A stretch of 64,000 bases of DNA, taken from assembly GCF_022825805.1 (NCBI RefSeq), contig NZ_JAJDWC010000066.1, positions 4,077 to 68,076 on the forward strand, in the 5' to 3' direction. The stretch comes from Phaeobacter sp. (GTDB lineage Bacteria; Pseudomonadota; Alphaproteobacteria; Rhodobacterales; Rhodobacteraceae). Positions 10,419 to 18,154 of the stretch are shown one piece after another. The notes under the pieces are model-generated. The model was not told the origin of the DNA. It did no database searches and saw only the letters and a list, made by a program, of their open reading frames with translations. How positions within the stretch are numbered: the first letter of the stretch is position 1; the number at the start of each line of letters is the position of its first letter. The position numbers were made by a program, and so were the translations under genes.

Positions 10419-11039
10419 TCAGCTGGCAAAGCCAAAGGCACGCAACCCATCCAGCACAAACTGGACCGACAAAGCGGCCAACAACATGCCCAGCAAGCGC
10501 GTCACGACAGTGATGCCTGTCTTGCCCAGCAGCCGCTCCAAGACGCCGGAAAACAGACACAGGATCAACAGGATAGACAGGACCGCAAAGACCACGCCCA
10601 TCACCATCGCAAAGCCGTAGATCCCAGGCTGCTGCCCAGTCAGCAGGATCACGGTTGCAATGGATCCTGGCCCGGCAATCAGCGGGATCGACAGTGGAAA
10701 GACCGACGGGTCTTCGAAATCGTCTTCTTCGCTGCGGTCCTCGCGCCGTTTGTTGCGTCGTTCAAACAGCATGTCCAACGCGGTGAGAAACAGCAAAACG
10801 CCCCCGGCAATGCGAAACGCCGCCATGGAAATGCCGACAAACCCCAGTACCGCCTCGCCAAGGGCGGCAAACAGCGCCAGCAAACCCATCGCCGTCAGCG
10901 TGGCCCGCAGGGCGATGCTGCGTTTTTGCTGTGGACTCATCCCTTGTGTCATGGCGATGAAAATCGGTGTCAGCCCAATCGGGTCGATGATCACAAATAA
11001 CGTCACAAAAGAGGTGATCAGAAAAGCGGTGTCGATCAT
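10419..11039 (-). CDS. MarC family (UPF0056) integral membrane protein
   Basis: Starts MIDTAFLITSFVTLFVIIDPIGLTPIF, typical of the MarC family. The ATG at 11039 overlaps the upstream gene's stop (ATGA). The longer track ORF start at 11114 is unlikely. Confidence 0.8.
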   Translation of the reverse strand: MIDTAFLITSFVTLFVIIDPIGLTPIFIAMTQGMSPQQKRSIALRATLTAMGLLALFAALGEAVLGFVGISMAAFRIAGGVLLFLTALDMLFERRNKRREDRSEEDDFEDPSVFPLSIPLIAGPGSIATVILLTGQQPGIYGFAMVMGVVFAVLSILLILCLFSGVLERLLGKTGITVVTRLLGMLLAALSVQFVLDGLRAFGFAS

Positions 11040-12892
11040 TGCGCTTCTGCCAGTTCCAGTTTTTCCAATGCATCCATCCACAGACCTTCCGCGCGGATGA
11101 GCGCCTCGAGGCATTCGGCGTGTTTTTTCTGCCAGACTTCGATATCGGCGGCCTTGCCACTTGCGTAGAGTGTGGGATCGGCCAGCTTTTCATCCAGCTT
11201 TTCGCGCATTTCGGTCAGCTTTTCGACACGCGTTTCGGATTTGCGCACCTCAGAGCGCAGCGCCAGCAATTCGTCGCGGCTGGCCCGTTTGGGTTTGGCG
11301 GCAGCTTTGGGCGCGGTCTTTTCCACGGGCTTTTCGCGCGCCAGCAACATATCGCGATAGCTGTCCAGATCCCCTTCGTATGGTTTGACCGTGCCGTTCG
11401 ACACCAGCCACAACCGGTCCGCCACCAAAGACAACAGATGCATATCGTGGCTGACCAGAATGACCGCACCGGAATAGGCCGTCAGCGCCTCCACCAGCGC
11501 CTCGCGGCTTTCGATGTCCAGGTGGTTGGTCGGCTCATCGAGGATCAGCATATGCGGCGCATCAATGGTGGCGATCAGCAGCGACAGCCGCGCTTTCTGG
11601 CCGCCTGACAAACGCCCGACTGCGGTTTCGGCCTGCTCTGATCCCAGGCCAAACCCTGCCAACCGGCTGCGCCACCGCGTCGGCGTCTCCTCCGGGCGCA
11701 GGCGGCGCAGGTGATCCAGCGGCGTTTCATCCACATAGAGTTCATCGACTTGATGCTGCGCGAAATAGCCGATCCGCAGCTTGGCCGAACGTGTCATGGC
11801 ACCCGCCATCATCGGCAGTCGATCCGACAGGAGTTTGGAAAGCGTGGACTTGCCCTGTCCGTTCTTACCCAAGAGCGCAATCCGATCATCCTGATCGATG
11901 CGCAGGTTCAACCGTTTCAGAACCTCCACCTCACCATAGCCGGTGGTGCCGCCCTCGATATGGATGATCGGCGGCGACATCTCTTCGGGCTCGGGAAACG
12001 TGAAGGCGCGCATCGCCGCTTCCTGCGGGGTGGAGATCGGCTTCATCTTTTCAATCATCTTCAGGCGGGACTGCGCCTGCTTGGCCTTGGTTGCCTTGGC
12101 CCTGAAGCGATCAACAAAACTCTGCAAATGGGCGCGACGGGCGTCCTGCTTGCGCGCCTCCGATTGCGCCGCTGCAATCCGCGCCGCGCGGGTTTCTGCG
12201 AATGTATCATACGTGCCCTGGTAAAGCGTCAGCTTGCGGTCCTCCAGGTGCAGGATCGAGCCCACCGCCCGGTTCAGCAAGCCGCGATCATGAGAGATCA
12301 CCAGCACTGTATGGGGGTAGGAGGCCAGATAGCTCTCCAGCCAGAGAGCGCCCTCCAGATCGAGGTAGTTGGTCGGCTCGTCCAACAGCAAGAGATCTGG
12401 CTGCGCAAACAAAACGCCAGCCAGGGCCACGCGCATGCGCCAGCCACCGGAATAGGCCGAACAGGGCCGGCTGTGTTCGTCATCGTCAAACCCTAACCCC
12501 TTGAGGATCGAGGCCGCCCGCGCAGGGGCGGACCACGCGTCGATGTCCACCAGTCGGGTCTGGATCTCGGCAATGCGGTTGGGGTCGCTGGCGTTGTCTG
12601 CCTCGGCCAGTAATGCGGCACGTTCGGTGTCGGCGGCCAGCACCGTGTCAAGAATGGTCACTTCTGACGAGGGCACCTCTTGTGCCACGCCGCCGATGCG
12701 GGCGAGGGACGGAAGAGAAATATCGCCGGTATCCAGCGTCAGCTCTCCGCGGATCAACCGAAACAGCGTCGATTTGCCGGTGCCGTTGCGACCAACAATC
12801 CCCACCTTGTGCCCGTCCGGAATGGTGACAGAGGCATGTTCAATCAGCGGGCGGCCTTCGACCGCATAAGAAATATCTTTGATCCGTAGCAT
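11036..12892 (-). CDS. ABC-F family ATPase (two ABC domains, no TM domain)
   Basis: Two Walker A sites (GRNGTGKST, GKNGQGKST), two LSGG signatures and a C-terminal coiled-coil tail. The probable start is MLRIKDISY at 12892. Confidence 0.9.
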   Translation of the reverse strand: MLRIKDISYAVEGRPLIEHASVTIPDGHKVGIVGRNGTGKSTLFRLIRGELTLDTGDISLPSLARIGGVAQEVPSSEVTILDTVLAADTERAALLAEADNASDPNRIAEIQTRLVDIDAWSAPARAASILKGLGFDDDEHSRPCSAYSGGWRMRVALAGVLFAQPDLLLLDEPTNYLDLEGALWLESYLASYPHTVLVISHDRGLLNRAVGSILHLEDRKLTLYQGTYDTFAETRAARIAAAQSEARKQDARRAHLQSFVDRFRAKATKAKQAQSRLKMIEKMKPISTPQEAAMRAFTFPEPEEMSPPIIHIEGGTTGYGEVEVLKRLNLRIDQDDRIALLGKNGQGKSTLSKLLSDRLPMMAGAMTRSAKLRIGYFAQHQVDELYVDETPLDHLRRLRPEETPTRWRSRLAGFGLGSEQAETAVGRLSGGQKARLSLLIATIDAPHMLILDEPTNHLDIESREALVEALTAYSGAVILVSHDMHLLSLVADRLWLVSNGTVKPYEGDLDSYRDMLLAREKPVEKTAPKAAAKPKRASRDELLALRSEVRKSETRVEKLTEMREKLDEKLADPTLYASGKAADIEVWQKKHAECLEALIRAEGLWMDALEKLELAEAQ

Positions 12893-13043
12893 GGGACCCT
12901 CTGTTGTCCAATCCACAGCAGCGGTCAATGGCAATTGCATCGCGCGCCGGGTTCCTGACCTTGCCCGTAGCTGCCTTGGCGCCAGTAGACAAGCTCTCAG
13001 AGCGTGATAGGTCTAGGGGATCGATTTTGAGAAAGCTTATTTT

Positions 13044-14243
13044 ATGCGCCCTGCAGGCCACCATCCGCGTCTGGTCACTCTGATCGTCAGCAGCGCTTTG
13101 TCGGTGCTGGCGCTGAACATGTTCTTGCCATCGCTGGCCAACATCGCCGCCGATTATAGGGTGAGCTATGCGCAGGCGAACCTGTCGGTGGCAGGGTTCT
13201 TGCTGATTTCAGCGCCCATGCAGCTCCTCATCGGGCCGCTGTCCGACCGATATGGGCGACGTCCGGTGCTGATCGGCGCTGCGGCGCTGTTCACTGTGGC
13301 GTCCATCGGAGCGGCTCTGGCTCAGACGATCATCTGGTTCCTGCTGTTTCGCCTGCTGCAGAGCGCGGTGGTGGCGGGCACGGTGGTGCCCCGCGCAGCC
13401 ATTCGCGACATGTACGACCCGACGGAGGCCGCGCGCACCCTGGGTTATGTCACCATGGCGATGGCCGTGGCCCCCATGCTGGGGCCGATGTTGGGTGGGG
13501 TTCTGGACAGCCTGTTTGGCTGGCGCGCGTCCTTCTGGCTCTATTCGCTCATGGGGGCGCTGGTTCTGGCCCTTGTGTGGGTGGATTTTGGCGAAACCAA
13601 TACGTTGAAATCCGGCACCTTCCGGCAACAGATGGCCCTTTACCCGCTGTTGTTTCGCGCCCGCCGGTTCTGGGGCTACAGCGTCTGCATCGCGTTTGGC
13701 GTTGGCGGGTTTTACTGTTTCATCACGGGTGCGCCGATGGTGGCCACCGCGTGGTTTGATCTCAACACGGCTCAGGTCGGGCTGGGCATTGGCATCATCA
13801 CCGGCGGTTTTGTCGTCGGCAACTATGTCTCGGCGCGATTGGTCCGGCGGCTGCCCTTGCTGACCTTAATTCTGGCGGGGCGCGTGTCATCCTTGCTTGG
13901 GCCGCTGCTGGGCCTCGCGGCCTTTGGTCTCGGGCTGGGCAATGTGGCGGTGTTTTTTGCCTCTGCGGTGCTGGTTGGATTTGGCAATGGTCTCACCGTG
14001 GCCAATGCCAGCGCTGGGTTGATGTCGATCCGCCCGGAACTGGCAGGCAGCGCCTCTGGCCTGTCGGGCGCCTTGGGTGTTGCGATTGGTGCGCTGCTGA
14101 CCTCTGCCACTGGCAGTCTGGTCACAGAGAGCAACGCGCCTTTTGCGGTGTTGGGCCTGATCGTCTTGTGCAGTGTGATCGCTCTGGCTGGCGCGCTCTA
14201 TGTGCGCTGGGTCGATCTGCAGGAACCGGCCACCACGGTGTAA
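13044..14243 (+). CDS. MFS transporter, Bcr/CflA drug-resistance subfamily
   Basis: 399 aa, 12-TM pattern, GPLSDRYGRRPVL motif between TM2 and TM3. Confidence 0.85.
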   Translation: MRPAGHHPRLVTLIVSSALSVLALNMFLPSLANIAADYRVSYAQANLSVAGFLLISAPMQLLIGPLSDRYGRRPVLIGAAALFTVASIGAALAQTIIWFLLFRLLQSAVVAGTVVPRAAIRDMYDPTEAARTLGYVTMAMAVAPMLGPMLGGVLDSLFGWRASFWLYSLMGALVLALVWVDFGETNTLKSGTFRQQMALYPLLFRARRFWGYSVCIAFGVGGFYCFITGAPMVATAWFDLNTAQVGLGIGIITGGFVVGNYVSARLVRRLPLLTLILAGRVSSLLGPLLGLAAFGLGLGNVAVFFASAVLVGFGNGLTVANASAGLMSIRPELAGSASGLSGALGVAIGALLTSATGSLVTESNAPFAVLGLIVLCSVIALAGALYVRWVDLQEPATTV

Positions 14244-14382
14244 TTTCCGCTGCAACGCCGCCCGGACAAACATCCCCCTTCCCATATCGGCGCAGCCATG
14301 TTAGGCGGCGCGAGACTGCCATTGGCTGCCAAAGCGGCTTGTGGCGACGGATTGTTCAACACCTCAATTAGGAGATCGCCCG

Positions 14383-14805
14383 ATGGCACTGGAACGTACT
14401 TTCTCGATCATCAAGCCCGATGCAACCCGCCGCAACCTGACCGGCAAAATCAACGCCAAGTTCGAAGACGCAGGTCTGCGCGTTGTCGCACAAAAGCGCA
14501 TTCACCTGACCAAAGCTCAGGCAGGTGAGTTCTACAAAGTGCACGCAGAGCGTCCGTTCTACGACGAACTGTGCGAATTTATGGCGTCTGCTCCAATTGT
14601 TGCGCAAGTTCTGGAAGGCGAAAACGCCATCGCGAAAAACCGCGAAGTCATGGGCGCCACCAACCCAGCCGACGCCGCTGCAGGCACCATCCGCGCCGAG
14701 TTCGCCGAATCCGTTGGCGAAAACTCCGTGCACGGTTCCGACGCGCCTGAAACGGCTGCAGTCGAAATCGCATACTTCTTCTCCGGTCTGGAACTGGTCG
14801 GCTAA
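14383..14805 (+). CDS. ndk: nucleoside diphosphate kinase
   Basis: [14 protein letters not shown]...[12 protein letters not shown]. An AGGAG lies 7 nt upstream of the ATG at 14383. Confidence 0.95.
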   Translation: MALERTFSIIKPDATRRNLTGKINAKFEDAGLRVVAQKRIHLTKAQAGEFYKVHAERPFYDELCEFMASAPIVAQVLEGENAIAKNREVMGATNPADAAAGTIRAEFAESVGENSVHGSDAPETAAVEIAYFFSGLELVG

Positions 14806-14834
14806 GCCACAGGTTCCGTCATGAGACGAACAAG

Positions 14835-14868
14835 AACCGCGTCAGAGCTTCTGGCGCGGTTTTTTTGT
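14835..14868. terminator. intrinsic terminator between convergent ndk and the tfoX-like gene
   Basis: Stem AACCGCG (14835-14841) pairs with CGCGGTT (14855-14861), followed by TTTTTTGT. Confidence 0.7.
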
Positions 14869-14929
14869 ATATTCGGCAGAGCGATCCCGTTTGAACTGGC
14901 TTTGCCCTCTGCCGGGTTCAGTGCAGAGC

Positions 14930-15274
14930 TTAGCGGCGGGCAATGACGCCGATGTCATCAAGGGCACGCTCCAATGCGGAGAGATCCTGGTCGAAACTGC
15001 GGGCTTTGATCGCATCGAACCGCTGTCGCAGCGCTTTCTTCTCGTCGCCTTTGCAATCATTCCACGGCCGCCCCTGTAGCCCCATCACCAGCACATAGTA
15101 GCCGATGAAATGCGGCTTGGTGCCGTTTTCCAGCAGTTTCGCATAGGCCGCATCAGCACCAAGCTCTCGCAGCGCCTCTGCAGAGGGGATCCCCGCCGCG
15201 TGGCAGGCGCTTTCAAAGGCTGGGCCCAGGTTGCGGATCGAAGAGACCGGTGTTGTGGTTGCGTGATTGGTCAT
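14930..15274 (-). CDS. TfoX C-terminal domain protein
   Basis: SIRNLGPAFESACHAAGIPSAEALRELGADAAYAKL is helix-hairpin-helix-like, as in TfoX_C. The likely start is MTNHATT at 15274. Confidence 0.65.
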   Translation of the reverse strand: MTNHATTTPVSSIRNLGPAFESACHAAGIPSAEALRELGADAAYAKLLENGTKPHFIGYYVLVMGLQGRPWNDCKGDEKKALRQRFDAIKARSFDQDLSALERALDDIGVIARR

Positions 15275-15539
15275 GGGGTCAATCTTACCCGCCCCGGCAG
15301 CGGCTGTCATCCGTCCCGCGCAACCCCGCGAATGCAGCTGGGGTGTGGTTGCGGTGATGTGCCTGTCGTTTGAATTTCCGCCCCTGCGCAACACCTTCCG
15401 ATATATGCATTTTGCCATTTCCACCCTGACGTTGCGGCACCTATACTTTTGCGCAGGTTTTATGAACCCTCCGGATAGAAGACTGTGTTCGCCGAACGCC
15501 GTAGGCTGAACCTACGGCAACTAAGCGGGGGGCAGCGAC

Positions 15540-16436
15540 ATGATCTATCCGATTGTTTTGGCAGGCTCATTGCACCAGACCTCTTTGACACAATCGCCCG
15601 CTGCGGGATCGAGCCACGCTGCCTTACCTTCTCATCTTCAACCACGCGGCGATGGCGAAAGCCCGTTTCAGGACTTGCTGCGCGCCTTGCACCGCAATCT
15701 CACCGCACCGCCAACATTGGTCGCTGATCACCGCGATCGCGCTGTGTCGTGTCGGCAATTGCAGGACATCGGCGGCGTCGGGCAGTTCGTCCTTGAGCCG
15801 ACACAGGGGGGCTCGGCCGGGGCGATTTGTGCGGCGATGACAGCGCTGCAGGAGTGGAGCAGCGTGACCGCCGATGATTTTGTTCTTGTGGTGCAGCTGT
15901 GTCGCGGCGGTGCCCCCGCGCAGGACATGACCCCTTTGATCCAGGAGGGGCAGCAGGCGGCGTCCACGGGGGCATTGGTGGCCGCTGGCACGCGCCGCCT
16001 CGGCCCAATGGGCCACTATGGCTGGTTGCAGCTTGCCCCCACGTCGGAGGCCCAGGGCGAGCTGCACGCTGTGTCGCGCCGGTTTGATGCGGCACCGCCT
16101 TTGGGCAGTGCACCGGCCAATTTCAACGGGGTCTGCGGCTCTGGCTGCTATCTGGCACGATGGGATGTGCTGCAAAGCGCGCTTCACGCCATGGGTGATG
16201 CGGCGGTGTCCCTGGCGCGCAAAGCTGTCCGGTCCGGCCTGCACCACCGGGGTAAGGTGCTGCTGGATCAAAGCGCGTATCGACAGCTGCCCGACACCCG
16301 ATTTGAACGTGCCGTCCTGCCGAAGCTTATCGATAGCGGGCGACTGTTTGCTTTGCCGCTGGACCGCGTGGGCCAGGCTGTTGACACGCATCGCACTGCA
16401 TGGGCGACCGACCGAGTTCATGAACCCAGCCATTAA
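15540..16436 (+). CDS. sugar-phosphate nucleotidyltransferase-like protein with a degenerate N-terminal motif
   Basis: Starts MIYPIVLAG, then SLHQTSLTQS where mannose-1-phosphate guanylyltransferases have GSGTRLWPLS. The rest follows that family's layout loosely (LEP..., DDFVLVV, G..GWLQL). Confidence 0.45.
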   Translation: MIYPIVLAGSLHQTSLTQSPAAGSSHAALPSHLQPRGDGESPFQDLLRALHRNLTAPPTLVADHRDRAVSCRQLQDIGGVGQFVLEPTQGGSAGAICAAMTALQEWSSVTADDFVLVVQLCRGGAPAQDMTPLIQEGQQAASTGALVAAGTRRLGPMGHYGWLQLAPTSEAQGELHAVSRRFDAAPPLGSAPANFNGVCGSGCYLARWDVLQSALHAMGDAAVSLARKAVRSGLHHRGKVLLDQSAYRQLPDTRFERAVLPKLIDSGRLFALPLDRVGQAVDTHRTAWATDRVHEPSH

Positions 16437-16572
16437 GACCGGCGATCAAGGAGCCTGGTGAATAAGAAGACTGGCGACGACGGCAGGCAACCGTATTCGA
16501 CCGGCGGCAACCCTGTCGGTGGGCTCCAAAATGCTACATAAACTTCGGCGTGAAACTAACTGACATAAAAGG

Positions 16573-17187
16573 TTAAAAAAGTCCTGCCTCTTTCGCCGTC
16601 AGCGCAGCCTGCGTGCGGTTCTTGGCGTCCAGCTTGCGGCACAATGTGCGCACATGGAGTTTGATCGTGACCTCTTGCAGGTCCAATTCCCGGGCGATTT
16701 CCTTGTTCGACAGTCCGCGGCACAGACCATCAAGCACCTCAATCTCACGCGGGCTGAGCTTGTCTGCAAGGGGATGGGCAGGGGCCTCTTCTTCTTGGCG
16801 CATCAGATCGACGGGCACGTAGATTTCACCCGCGCTCATGAACCGCACAGCATTCAACAGCGATTGCGCCCCCATGGTTTTGGGGATGAACCCGATGGCA
16901 CCGGCATCCAGCGCATCTTTGGCGATCTTGGCAGGCGCGCTGCCCGACAGGATGGCCACGCCCTTGCCGCCATTGGCCTCCAGCGCGGTGTTGAGCCCGG
17001 TCAACCCACTCATGCCCGGCATGTTGTAGTCCAGCAGCACCAGATCAAACGGGCCCTGATCGGCGATTTCTTTCAACGCGGATGGTAAATCGATCGCAGA
17101 AGTCACGGTCGCGCCACCTTCGGACGTCAGATATGCTGAGATGGTTTCTCGGACCATATCGTGATCGTCCGCCAATAGAATGCGCAT
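16573..17187 (-). CDS. two-component response regulator, REC + LuxR/FixJ-type HTH (NarL family)
   Basis: MRILLADDHDMVRE...DLVLLDYNMPGMSG (REC domain) and LSPREIEVLDGLCRGLSNKEIARELDLQEVTIKLHVRTLCRKL (LuxR HTH). There is no autoinducer-binding domain. Confidence 0.9.
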   Translation of the reverse strand: MRILLADDHDMVRETISAYLTSEGGATVTSAIDLPSALKEIADQGPFDLVLLDYNMPGMSGLTGLNTALEANGGKGVAILSGSAPAKIAKDALDAGAIGFIPKTMGAQSLLNAVRFMSAGEIYVPVDLMRQEEEAPAHPLADKLSPREIEVLDGLCRGLSNKEIARELDLQEVTIKLHVRTLCRKLDAKNRTQAALTAKEAGLF

Positions 17188-17552
17188 GTGGGCTCCTGTC
17201 ATACCTCAGACCTGTTCATTTTAACGTGACATTGGTTACGGATTTGTCAACGTGCAGATGCAGATACCAGCGTGGCATCGCCTCTTAAATTGCTCTCGGT
17301 CTGTTTGGTGCTGCCTGAGCGAATTTTATCGTAAAAATCGATGACCTTATGTAGATTATCCCCGTTGGTTACCAATCCTACATGAATCTTAGGCAAGCTT
17401 TAGGATGTCGGCGGATGGTGTGCACGTGGCGCATATGGCAGACGCGGGTTTTTTGGTTACGGTTTTGGCCATCCGGGACGCCCAAGCCATATCGAACGTC
17501 ATATTGCCTCTGCGGCCGCTGCAGGTCACTTTTCAGGAAAAGGAAGGCAGAC

Positions 17553-18128
17553 ATGGTTAGCCGGATACGCTGTTTTATTTCATCGCTTGGGGAGGCACGC
17601 CCTCCGACCCTTGCTTCGACGCCCCATTTGGCGCGCGTCTTTGCGCTGGTTGGTCTGCTGGCCAGTGCCTGGGCGATTGCGCTGCCAACGCAGGCTGCGG
17701 CCTCTGAACCCGTGGTTTTGACGCTGACGGTCCCGGGCGACACCGTGCAACAGCATGATTTCTCGCTTGATATGCTGCAGGGCCTGCCCACCACAGAATT
17801 CGAAACCACCACGATCTGGACCTCTGGGCCGCAGCGGTTCACGGGGGTCAGCCTTGCGGCGCTGCTGCAGCACATCGGCGAGGAAGCCGGACAGGACGGG
17901 CTGCTGCGGGCGCGGGCGATCAATGACTATGCGGTCGAAATTCCACTGTCCGATGTGGCCGCCGGGGGGCCGATCATTGCCTATCAGCGCAATGGCGCCA
18001 TTATGTCTGTGCGCGACAAAGGCCCGCTTTGGGTGGTTTACCCCTATGACAGCAACGAAGGGTTCCAGACCGAAGCAATCTATTCCCGCAGCATCTGGCA
18101 ACTTGAAGAAATCACGGTAATGCGATGA
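17553..18128 (+). CDS. periplasmic molybdopterin-oxidoreductase-fold (PF00174-like) small protein
   Basis: A signal peptide is followed by FTGVSLAALLQHIG...INDYAVEIPLSD...RDKGPLWVVYPYD, a pattern I recognise from short oxidoreductase molybdopterin-binding domain proteins. AGGAAGG precedes the ATG at 17553. The gene ends 26 nt before the kinase gene. Confidence 0.55.
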   Translation: MVSRIRCFISSLGEARPPTLASTPHLARVFALVGLLASAWAIALPTQAAASEPVVLTLTVPGDTVQQHDFSLDMLQGLPTTEFETTTIWTSGPQRFTGVSLAALLQHIGEEAGQDGLLRARAINDYAVEIPLSDVAAGGPIIAYQRNGAIMSVRDKGPLWVVYPYDSNEGFQTEAIYSRSIWQLEEITVMR

Positions 18129-18154
18129 ATTTATTCGATGAAATAGGGGGCTAG

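Noticed and set aside
16573-17187. The LuxR-type protein as the cognate AHL receptor for the LuxI synthase
   Set aside because: Its N-terminus is a phospho-receiver domain (DDHD...D...K pattern), not an autoinducer-binding domain. It is a NarL/FixJ-type response regulator.
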